The translations under genes were made by a program, and so were the position numbers. From assembly GCA_054600435.1 (NCBI GenBank), contig BAAIJX010000107.1, forward strand, positions 1-34,333: DNA of 34,333 bases. Direction: 5' to 3'. Shown in pieces: positions 11,443-21,701 of this stretch (positions are counted from its first letter, which is position 1; each line of letters begins with the position of its first letter). Below the pieces are notes generated by a model that worked only from the letters and a program-made list of their open reading frames with translations, had not been told where the DNA came from and searched no databases. Source of the DNA: Neophaeotheca triangularis. Lineage: Eukaryota.

Positions 11443-12549
11443 TCAACCATCAAAAGCCCTACCCCACGCCAACAGCGCCATCAAAATCGCCTCCCCTTGC
11501 AACTCCCTCTCCGCCCTCACCTTCTCAATCCCTCCGACAAAACGCTCCAAAGCTCGCACATCCGCGGTCCCGGGGGCACGCAGACGGAAAGGCTCCAGCA
11601 GCCCCTGGCAAGCCAGCAGCCGCAACCCACCATTCCTCGAAAACCCCAACTCAGCGACCCACGGCTCCTGACCCCGCCAGACCTGCACGCGCACCTTGCG
11701 AAGGTTTCGTAGCATCTTCTCCGTAACGGCAGTGTTCCAGAGCCTTGCGATTCCTAAAACCAGGGAAGCGGAGTGTTAGAGTCGGGCAAGGTAAGGTGGG
11801 AGACGGGAACAAAAGCCACTGGCGAGAACGGTAGCGAGCCGTCTCCTTTTGCTTTTTCTTTTTCTTTTTCCCCTTCTCTTCTCATACTCACTCTCAACAC
11901 CCCCCAGCCCCCGATCCCGGCGCAAAACGAGACTAAACCACGCGGTCCTGTAGAACTCCGGCAACCCCTCGGCCCGCAAAGCCTTGCTAACCAGCAGCAG
12001 CGCCGGCGAAGCTCGCACGCCATCTTCATCGACCACAGTCCACGGACACTTGGGCATCTGACCGAACCCATGCTCGCGATCGGATCTGAAATGCAGCTCA
12101 AAGACGCGCACACGGAGTTCCGAAGGCAGAGCCATGAGATCGAAAGGTGCGGCCATGGTTTCGAGGAGGGGGAGGAGGGTTTTGGCGTCGGCGCGGCGAG
12201 GCAAGCGCGCGCGCAGGGTTTCGCTGAGGCTGTTGCGGATTTGGTTGTTGATGAGGTTGTGGAAGAAGAGTTGGTGGATTGTGTCGGTTTGGAAGTTGGG
12301 GTGGGTCGTGTCGTCGAGGGTGAAGGAGTAGTTTTTGACGAGGTCGGCGGAGAGGGCGGCTTTCCAGGCCGTGAAGGAGGCTCCCTCGTGGAGGGCGCCG
12401 GTGAGGGGGAGGTGGCCTATGGGGGGGGAAGGGCGGGTGGCGTTGGTGGTGGTGTCGGGGAGGTTGCGGTTGGGTTTTTGGCGAGTTGCGAGAGAGGTTT
12501 GTGGGTGGTTGGCGTGGTAGCGCATGGGTATGCTGTTTTGAGGTAGCAT
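11443..12549 (-). CDS. Hypothetical protein with F-box-like/2EXR-like motif and Gag-like N-terminal domain, paralog A (about 322 aa)
   Basis: Exons 11892-12549 and 11443-11753 join in frame (GGVE-R-IARLWNT) across intron 11754-11891 (GTGAGT..CTAAC..TAG). Motifs PFDLMALPSELRVRVF and LLLVSKALRAEGLPEFY. Colinear similarity to 20199-21020. The start could be the second Met (12525). Confidence 0.8.
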
Positions 12550-12665
12550 GACGGCGGTATTGCTTTGCTGTGATGTTGTGGGAGGTGGAAGAGGTCAAAC
12601 AAAGTGGGAGGAGAGTGGTCGATATACGGGGTGCCAAGCGCGCACAGAGCGTTGTATACATGCAA

Positions 12666-12703
12666 CCTCACCTCACCTCGCCTCACCTCACCTCACCTCA
12701 CCT
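12666..12703. repeat. (CCTCA)~7.5 pentanucleotide microsatellite upstream of paralog A
   Basis: cctcacctcacctcgcctcacctcacctcacctcacct. Confidence 0.9.
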
Positions 12704-13021
12704 GTGTCTGCTTTCCAGGGAAGGGGTCGTTCCATAGGAAAGGTTCAGGACGTTCAGCTTAAATCGTTGCTGTTGAACCTCTGAGAAAAATCTTGAACAC
12801 TACGAGGTGACACATGAACCCTGCGTGTCCTACCCAGCGATGAACGGCCGTCAAAGGGAAAGTTTGATAGGTAAAGAATCGACTAGTTCTACCTCACCAC
12901 CTCTGGCCGGATGGCCGGATGGCAAGCAATGATGCAGCGACGATTGACCACACACGCACGAAAGGGTGGGGTCCACAGATCCCAAAACCCGTGATCAACC
13001 CCCAACCACTTCAGAAAAACA

Positions 13022-15955
13022 TCACCAATCTCTCCCGTCCGTCCCCACCCGTTCCAGCGTGCTATCAAACACAATCTCCGGCTGCCTCCTACCATTGCCA
13101 ATGTCATTGCCGTTGCCAGCAGTAGCAACCCTACCCCTGACCCTCTCGCGCGTACCTTCACCACCGCCTCTCCCTCTCGCAACGCTGCCCATCGTAACAA
13201 CACCCCTGCCACCAAACTTGCCTCCTACACCCTCACCCTTTTTGCCCCGCCCATGCATAGGACAAATCGCCTTGCCGCCACTTTTGCGCCTGGTATCGAG
13301 CGGACAGAGCGGGCTATTGGGTAAGTGGTCAGGGACGTCCAGCTCGAATCCCCCGCCCCTTCTTCCTTTGCCGCGGCTCTTTCTCGCCATACCCTCCCCG
13401 GCTTCATTCGCAACGCTATCGGCATTGCTGTTCCGATCGCCATCACCATTATCCTCATCCTCATCCGCATCCTGCTCAGTATCGCCGTTGTCTTCGTTCA
13501 ACTCCGCCTCCATTCTTGCCCTCACGGCCGCCATTTCCGTGCGTCGTGTGTCGTTGTAACGCTGGCTGTAGGGTGTCTGATAAAAGTTTGAGACTTCCAG
13601 AGGGTCGACCGGCGGCTGCCTTGGTGGGGAGCGCGATAGCCTGCGAAGGAGGGGCGTAGGGCTGCTGGAGGAAGAGCGGACGTTTGGTAGGGCGAAGCGG
13701 CGGTTGAAGAAGTGGGGGGTCGGAGAGTCTTCGGCGGCGGAGGGGGTAAGAGCAGCGTGGGGTTGCGTGGGTGTTTGAGGAGTGGTGTTGTTAGTTGTGG
13801 ATTGTGAGAAGAGATGACTGAGGATGCTGCTATGACGTTTGGGCCTTTGTTTTTCCGGAGAGGTCGGTGCTGAAGTGGCGTGCTTTTGGGAGATTGTGGA
13901 GGCCTTGGAATCCTTTCGCGGAGTTGAGGGTGGCTGAAGTGGGAGGGACTGCTGGGATTCAGCAACTGGCGGTAGGGTTGCCACGGGTGCAGTGAAAGGA
14001 AGGGGCTCGATTGGGGGCGATAGTCTGTCTCGAGAAGTGAATCGAATGAGTCTTGGCCGAGACTGGAAGATAGCGTTCGCTGGGTGGCTGAGCGGGGACA
14101 CAGGATCTGAGCTGCTCATTCTGTTCGCTCGCGGGCGTTGCTGCGCTTGTATTCGTTCTCCTCTTTCCTCAAAAATCGCCAGGGGCGATAAGGAAGGAGA
14201 GGGTGACGGAGAAGGTGATGGTGAGTCCGAGGCTCGTTCTCCACGGTCGCGGGCAAAGTATGGCGGCAGGTGGAAGAAGGGCATGATGCTGGATTTCCGG
14301 CGTCTTTCGCCTGAGGTGGCAGTATCGGGAGCCTTGCTAATCGTGATTGCAGGCGAAGGGGAGACGTCCCGGTCCTTCTCGTTGGAAAGTCTGCTGTCAA
14401 GCAAGCTGTCGGTCATGGGACTTCTGTAACTAACAGAGAAGATGCTCCACTTGCGCTTTCTCTGCTGTGCTGTGACGATACTCTCGCTAGGCGACTTGGT
14501 TGGCACCGGACGAGCGCTGGATTTCTCGGGTACGGGAGGAGGTGTAGGCGGCCTGGCGTTAAGAGATTCTTCCGCTTCTTCGGGAGTGAGTTGAGGTGTG
14601 ACTGGTCGCTGATACATCGTTTCTGTACTAAAGGTGCGAAAATAATGGTCGCCATGATGAAATCGGCCCGTCAGACCGGGTTCGGCTTCAGGAGGTGTGA
14701 GCATGCGGTATAGTTTAGGCCTATGCTCTGCATGTGGCATGGTTCGAGCTGGTGGTGTCAAAGCTTTCCGCGGCGGTCTTTTAGATGTCGTCGATCCACC
14801 AATGCTGGGTGTCTTCTGAATGCGAACTCGACGGCTGTTCAAAGAACCAAGATTGTCGTCGTAAGTAGGTTGTCGAAGGATACTAGGCTTCAGGCGAGGT
14901 GAAGGAGGCGGAGCGTTTAGTGGTGAAAATGGCTCAGATTTTGGAGAATCAGCAGGCGTTGTCGTTGTGATCGCTGCACGAATTATGGAAGCTGGCTTCG
15001 AGCCAGGGGAAACACCAGTGACTAGGCGTGCGACTGCTTGCTCTGGGCTTGTCACGATCGGTCGGTCTGCGTTTTTAGAACGGTCATCAATCACCTGGGG
15101 TACGTGATATGATGAGGCGCGTTGTACAGATGCTGGCCGTTTCGGGGTGTTCGTGTTTTTCAGAAGGTGCTGTCGTGGTTTGCTTTTGTTGTCAAGGAGA
15201 CGTTTGTCCGATCGGTTGCTTCTTAGAATATAAGCGAAGCTGCTGGCTATTGAAGATTTCGAGGCCGCTTTAGAGGAGTCAGAACTGTTAGAAGTCGGTG
15301 TTGGCAAAGGTGGGTCGTCATTGACAAGAAGTGAAGCTTTGGATAGTTTTCTAAGCCTATTGTCAGTGAAGTGAAGCGCAGAACCCGTTCACCATTGTCC
15401 TTGGATTTACCTTGCTTCTTGCTCCACAGTATCCCTATTGTGAAAATGTCTTTTCGATCTTGTCTTATCCTCCTCCTTTGCATTCACGCTTGAAGTTGTC
15501 AGATACCGGATGGCATCGGGCCCAGCACTTTCTCCTAGGAATTGTGATGATACCGCCTCGGCGGAGCGTGACCGTGGTGTCTGTACGAGCGTTCTCGGTC
15601 CAGTTGCTCGTCGTACCGGGGACGGTGCTCTCTGTGTTTCGGCCGCCACTCCAATTCCTCCACCTCTTCCACCTCCGATTCCCTCCGACCATGATCCCGC
15701 CGATCCCGACTCTCGTACCCCCTGCCGTGCCTCCGGTGCCTCGCCGTCGAGTGACGACGGCGTTGATCGTGGCTTGGACGGTGAGCGACGCGCCGTGGCG
15801 AATGGGTACGGTGCCGGACACGCCGCGGTGGCTCGTCGCGACGTCCGCGGTCGTCCTCTTTCTGGGTCTCTTCCAGGTCCTCCACCTCCCGATTGAGCTT
15901 TGCTCGCTCCTTGCCACTGTACTTTTTGAAGCATGCCACTGGGTAGAGGCTGCAT
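13022..15955 (-). CDS. Long Ser/Pro/Arg-rich, probably disordered hypothetical protein with a C-terminal H-C-C-H motif (about 959 aa)
   Basis: Exons 15411-15955 and 13022-15356 join in frame (EQEA-R-LRKLSK) across intron 15357-15410 (GTAAAT..ACTGAC..TAG). C-terminal block FELDVPDHLPNSPLCP..GGKAICPMHGR. The start codon is uncertain. Confidence 0.75.
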
Positions 15956-16979
15956 AGTCCTGCCATACCAAGTGATACGGCGAGGAAGAACGCTCGGTGG
16001 TAGCTCTTCTCTTGGTTCAGTCGCTGGTAGAAAGACATGGTCGAGTTTAAAGAAAGTATGTGGCGAGTCGCATGTAGAGGGAGAGTGTAGGATCAGGAAG
16101 CGCGTTCTTCTTGTCGACTCCAGTGTGAATACGCCAGGGTAGTGGTCGCTTTGACGGGGCTCTGACAGGTTTAGTGAGAGGCAGCTAACGGACAAGCCTT
16201 TGGAATCGAAATGGATGTAGTTGAAGAGTTCTTAGGGAAACTTCGGGTTGTTGGAAGTGAAGGCGGGTATCCGGAAGCGAGGTGTTGTTCGACGAGTGTA
16301 TTGCATGTGAATAATAGAAGGTGCTGGCGAAGTTGAAGTCGAGGCTGCAGCTACGAGTGTGCTTCGCCACTGCTTGATGAGGAAGGCATGTCGTTACCTG
16401 AACTTTTACCGTGCAGCGATGAGTTATTGAAGATGGATAAGAATACAGTTACACCTACATACAACAGCCCTTCGATGCTATATCTCCGCCTTGCTGTTTC
16501 GGTGGCTCGCTGAAGGCGCGTTAGATAAGCTCAGAGAGACCTCGCCGGCAATAAAGGCACGGAACTCGCCTGTAGCACAAGAAAATCCTGTCTCCTCGGC
16601 GCCGGCCACCAGACTCGGGATATCAGGGGCCGTTCAATGCTGCCCCTATCCCAAGCGTTATACGGCTAGTTGGTTGCAGGGAGAATGTCCCAAACCCCAG
16701 CCTGGCTACCCAGGAACCAGTCCGCTCCTTCGCGTTCCCATACCGGCTACCCTGAGTGTGGCCACATGCTAGCTGAAGCATGCGTTCTAAGTCTCTCGGC
16801 GACGACGGTCGTTTGCAGCGAGGAGAGACGTCCTGGAAGGCGATCCTTGACAAACGTGACCCCCCGAAGCAGCCGTAGTGCTTCCGGCAGGCTTTTTCAA
16901 ACTTCTGCCGGGTCGTGGTTACTCATGACTCTAGCACTCCCCTTGAAACACCGAGAATCATCGCTAGAATGAGTACACA

Positions 16980-17927
16980 TCAATCCCTCTTGCCCGGCCC
17001 AAGCCCATATCCGTTACTACCCAGGCCGTAGCCACCCAATCCACCCTTCTCAATCCCACCCAACCGATCCTTGCCGTGACTCTTCAACCTCCTAGGCAAC
17101 TCCACTCCCCTAAAGTATACCACGCAAATAGCCGCACTCGCCAACGCAGAGAGCACACAGTAAACGACGGTGCTCGCCGTCAAATGTCCACCGACACCCG
17201 CCCAACCACTGGGCAGCGCAGTGTTAGGATACCACCTAACACTAAACTTCAGGGGGAGACTGCTACCGACAATGATCTTTGTCGGCTCTTCACGAGGGAT
17301 ACTGTAAGCCGTCGCCGCGGCAATGGTCCCCGGCGCCAATCTCCTGGGCGCGGCATGCACCAGCACATTCAGCGACGAGCTCACGTGTAGATGGCTCAAT
17401 TGCAACATTCCCGTTAAAGCCACAATCATGGGCGTGTACACTTCGCTTAGACTGCCCTGACCATCGACATCATCTTTCGTGCCGGCCTCGTACTCGGCTT
17501 TCAGGGCCGATGGTGGGAGAGGTTTGGTCGGGATGCGGCAGGTAAGGGGCACGTCGTTGTGGACGTAGTATTCCAGTAGGTGGAAGAAGGGATCGCTGAT
17601 GAAGTCCAAAGTGCAGTTTATCTCTTTCTCCACGCCAAACAAGAGTTCGAGGGGCCGGCCGGTCTCGTTGCAAGTTGGGAAGGGGATGTAGGAAAGCTGG
17701 CCTGACGCATCTTGGACGTGTTCGCCCGCTTCACTGAGGCGCGGGTGTCAGCTGAGAGTAAATTGATTGTGATAGGGATGGTCGTACGAGCGATTCAGAC
17801 AGCTCACTGGAATGGGTTGGCCGACTTTGTAGCCTTCTTGGACTAGGGGTTCTTGTGCTGCGGCTGTCGCGAGCGCGGCGTAGAAGGCTATGAGCAGGCG
17901 CACGGCGAGTGATATGCGGTCGAACAT
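16980..17927 (-). CDS. Conserved uncharacterised fungal type I membrane protein, 297 aa
   Basis: Signal peptide (MFDRISLAVRLLIAFYAALATAAA), Cys-containing luminal domain (IPVSCLNR, YIPFPTCNET, LTCRIP), TM helix (STVVYCVLSALASAAICVVYF) and Gly/Tyr tail ending GKRD. Exons 17788-17927 and 16980-17733; intron 17734-17787 (GTACGA..GCTGAC..CAG). Confidence 0.85.
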
Positions 17928-18363
17928 GTTCACGTGCCGTCGCGCAGTACTGTACAATAGACTCAAAGCAAGGGATGTAATATGTACAGGAGAGAGCGGT
18001 ACAATGAAGTTCAATTATGATTATCTAGAGACACATGCACCACGTGTCTGGTTACAGTAGAGGTACTAGTAAGTTAGACGCGACCCCGGCCCGGGACGGA
18101 GATGATTAATTATTGAGACCGTCTTGAACCCTGTTTGAGAACTCCAACGGCTTGGCATATGTACATATAGAGTGGGTCACTGCCATTGGTCGACCCCGAC
18201 GTCAAGCTAACTACTACCTACCTGGTATCCAGCCTCAGCCCGACCATCTACATCCCAAGCAGAGGTCATGATGCAATGTAGTCTCGTTCCCAAGGTAGTA
18301 TACCTCTCTATCTTATCCCTTCCTTCTCTTCCTCACATGTTTGTCAAATAGCAATAATCAGCA

Positions 18364-19048
18364 ATGCAGAACAAGGAGCTACATGACCCAGAGTGGGATG
18401 AGGCGGGAAACCAGGCCTCAGCAAGACCGAACCAGTCTCTCAAGAGCACCCTCTCGGGCAATTTCGACAACCTCCTGCCGCCACATAGACGATACCTAGG
18501 TCTTCGACGCAGGACCTTCTTGATTGTTATAGCCGCCATCTTCCTAGCCCTTATCGCGCTTATCATAGGTCTAGCCGTAGGGCTGACCACAAGCTCTTCG
18601 TATGCCTGTCCATCCTGCATCTCAAACCGCTACCCGCTACTGACTCCGCCCCCTCTCCACTAGCTCCTCTTCCTCCTCAGATCTACCTCTTCCCTCCTCC
18701 AGCGATACTTTCGAAGGCGACCTTACCTACTACGCCCCCGGCCTCGGCGCTTGCGGCGTCACCTCTACCAGCTCAGAGCGCATCGTTTCGGTCTCGCACC
18801 TCCTCTTTGATGCCGCGGGCTCGAGCAGTAGCACCGGCGGCAACAGCAATGAGAACCCCCTTTGTGGGCGTAAGTTGCGGGCAACGAGGTTCAATGATGC
18901 CGAGGACGAGGACCGGAGTGTGGATTTGACGGTTGTGGACCGCTGTACTGGTTGTGGGGCCGAAGATCTGGATACGAGCTTGGGTGCTTTTGAGCTTTTG
19001 GCGCAAGAAAGCGAGGGCAGGGTGGATGTGCGGTGGGCTTGGCTGTAG
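18364..19048 (+). CDS. RlpA-like double-psi beta-barrel (loosenin/expansin-related) protein with N-terminal signal anchor, 206 aa
   Basis: Exon 1 (18364-18599) holds TM segment FLIVIAAIFLALIALIIGLAVGL. Intron 18600-18663 (GTATGC..ACTGAC..TAG). Exon 2 (18664-19048, absent from the ORF track) reads GDLTYYAPGLGACG..NPLCGRK..VVDRCTGC..DLDTSLGAF..GRVDVRWAWL. Confidence 0.9.
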
Positions 19049-19400
19049 GATGGGCGTCTGTGTCAAGGTAGGGTTGCTGCTCTTGGTCTCCGTTTACATT
19101 GGGATGTTTGTGTCCGCTGGTGGGCTGACCTTCATGCTCACTTTATTCTCTTCTCTTCTGCTTCGGCGCTTTCACTGCTTTGCCAAGAACGGTCCGAGCC
19201 TAAGGCTGGCACAATTAGTGGCATCGCGAGGATTTTCCCAAAGAAATACATTCATCTCTAGGAAAGCTAGGAAAGTGAGAAGACGCCTTCGCATCCACAG
19301 CGAAGAAGCGGCAATTTAGAGATTGTACAGGAGGTACTCACATCCTTAAAGCATTCCACTTGCTACCTCTGACAGGAATTTATTTCCCTAGTTCGACCGC

Positions 19401-19812
19401 CTAAGAAATTCTAACCTCGATAGAATCTTGCTTTCTACCTTCTCCATTCTCGGCCTTCGACAACAAGTCATGGTGTTTGCCTGGCAGGCGTCTCCTCTTT
19501 CTCTGCATCCTCCGGCTCTGCCGATCTTTCCCCTCTGCCATTGCATCGCGTTTTACTATAGAACGCCAGGCCGACTATGCTGCACTCGCTCGAGTAATCC
19601 AACAACTGCCATAAGGCACTGACCTGGACAACCTCACCGTCCCGAAATTCACACCAAGCAGGCCGACAATATCGGGAAAACTTTTCGAAGGCGCCGACTG
19701 GAATATCTGGAGCGTTGTGGATGGTGGGCCCGGGTGAGACGATCGCTTCAGGGTCCTGAGGTTGGGTGCGCTGTGCCTGCACGCTGTGGATACTGTTGGG
19801 TTGCGCAGGCAT
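19401..19812 (-). CDS. Possible small orphan gene divergent from paralog B
   Basis: ATG at 19812 opens a 114-aa ORF ending at 19468. Alternatively, a donor CAG|GTCAGT at 19623 with a TAG acceptor at 19575 gives an in-frame basic tail ending at 19401, but no good branch site is present. No homology recognised. Confidence 0.22.
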
Positions 19813-20198
19813 TGGGGTTAATGACTGGCTAGGAGCTGGAAGATTTGTAGGCTACTGTGGTTTGCGTTGTTACACCGCGCAGTAGTTGAGCGGGGCTCGC
19901 GAGCGAAAAGTTGGCAATCTTGGTAGGTCCTCTCGATTCTTACTCATCTTCTTTACTGTCGGTATTGCTCGTAAACTGGCAAGTAAACGTGGACCTTGGT
20001 AGTCATCAAACTTTTGGGCATTGGTTGGACATCGAGTGTTCGCTTTCACTTACTTACTCACCTCTCCGCGCTTAGCGGGGACTACGGATACCTACCAGTA
20101 CTTTCCACCACCGGCTTTGTTTTCTCCTCCGCCTCAACCTCGATTACACAACGCCTCATCTGCAGATCGCGAAACCCTCTCTTCAAGTCAACACCAAC

Positions 20199-21020
20199 AT
20201 GCAGTCGTCCCTTAGCGACCTCACCCAGGCCGGCACACTCTACGAGGGCTCTGATTTCGAAGAGTGGAAAGCCAGGCTTTCTTCCAGGCTCCTCGAACGC
20301 TACAATGTCAGATTGGTCACCGCCCAAAGCTCTTCCTTCGCCAACAGGGGGCTTGGACGTTCTCGTCTCGCCCACAGAGAGATCTTCCGCGCTATCAGCC
20401 AAAACATTAAGTGCCGTATTCCGAACTACAACAGCACCCACCCCCACTTTTGCGCCATTGACATGGAACTCCTCAAAAAGTTTGCGAAACCCTTCGATAT
20501 CATGAGTCTTCCGACAGAGCTTCGTATCCGGATCTTCCAGCTTTTCTTCGACGACAGGGCTGTGTACATCTACGACAATGGCTTCAGTACAACACCAGAA
20601 TCAGAAGATCTTCTGATGGCCACCAAAACGCTGCGCACTGAAGCTTTGCCAGAGTTCTACAAAGCAACGCACTTTTTCATTGACATTATCGGATCGGACA
20701 CGGACGTTCCAGCAATGCTCAAGAAGCGATTGAAGGAGGTCGTCCGTCAGAATCACGCTCGCCATTTGCGAACTGTGACAGTCTTGTTCAGGCAAACGTC
20801 CTCTCCCCGCGTGATATTCCAAGCGACATTGGAGCTTGCGAAGGAGGGACTTTCCGTAGAGTTTACCGGTCTTTCTGACGACAAGGACGGCGAAGCTTTC
20901 GAGCAATGGGTCGAGGCAGTGGACGTGGAGCGGAAGGAAAAAGGAGAGCTAGGGGAAGCAATCATCAGAGCATTGACAGCGAAGCCGGCGGTGTGGAAAC
21001 TGGGCGGCGTTGGGAAGTGA
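20199..21020 (+). CDS. Hypothetical protein with F-box-like/2EXR-like motif and Gag-like N-terminal domain, paralog B (273 aa, intronless)
   Basis: Good ATG context (ccaacATG). Blocks GTLYEGSDFEEWKARLS, PFDIMSLPTELRIRIF, LLMATKTLRTEALPEFY, RHLRTVTV and GELGEAIIRAL each match a block of paralog A in the same order. Confidence 0.85.
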   Translation: MQSSLSDLTQAGTLYEGSDFEEWKARLSSRLLERYNVRLVTAQSSSFANRGLGRSRLAHREIFRAISQNIKCRIPNYNSTHPHFCAIDMELLKKFAKPFDIMSLPTELRIRIFQLFFDDRAVYIYDNGFSTTPESEDLLMATKTLRTEALPEFYKATHFFIDIIGSDTDVPAMLKKRLKEVVRQNHARHLRTVTVLFRQTSSPRVIFQATLELAKEGLSVEFTGLSDDKDGEAFEQWVEAVDVERKEKGELGEAIIRALTAKPAVWKLGGVGK

Positions 21021-21701
21021 CTGAGACTGATAACGGCGAGTGATACTTTAGCACAATCCTCACTGCCATGCTCCTCAAGGAGGAGGCGTAAGATGGCGCA
21101 CCGGTAGATGGATATCTTCGTGAGCATTCTCAGAGGTAGGGAGTTAACGAATACTTCGTCAGTTTCGTGGGCATAACGATGCCCTCTCTATTTCATTTCA
21201 AGCCTTTAGCTTTGTTGCTATCTGTCACTCTTGCTCTCACGCTTTCCTGTCACTCTGCACCCTTTCCGACAACGTTTTGATCGCCTTTGCACCACCTACA
21301 GGTGAGACACGCTTCGAGGCTCAGAAAGTGAGGTCGTTTGAGCAGTCGAAGTGCAACACCTTGACGTACATTGAAGTGGAGTGAGAGAAGTGAAGTCGAA
21401 ATTTTGCAGCCATAGTGAGCAGAGCTAAGGAGCCTGAGGCCATTCACAGTCTTGGCGGCTCTCTCCACGGCAACCCCTTCTCCAATCTTCCACGCTCTGG
21501 AGCTTCTGTTGAATCTGTTCACCGGCACAACAACAACGCCCGACCTCGTCTGCTGGGCTATGCCGTGAGCTAGTCTTCACTGGACGGCGAGAAGGGAGAC
21601 ATAATTATGGCATTGATGGCTCGATCGGGGGCTTAGGCGAAGAACAGAACTACTTGTTACCACGGTATTAATTTCACAAGCCCAGACCAAGATACCCCCA
21701 A

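Noticed and set aside
11773..12546. 257-aa + strand ORF opposite paralog A
   Set aside because: V/G/E-rich antisense artefact. The - strand frame has the motifs, splice sites and a paralog.
21021..21700. Protein-like fragments on the - strand between paralog B and UFE1
   Set aside because: No ATG-initiated coherent model or homology; cannot support even a pseudogene call.
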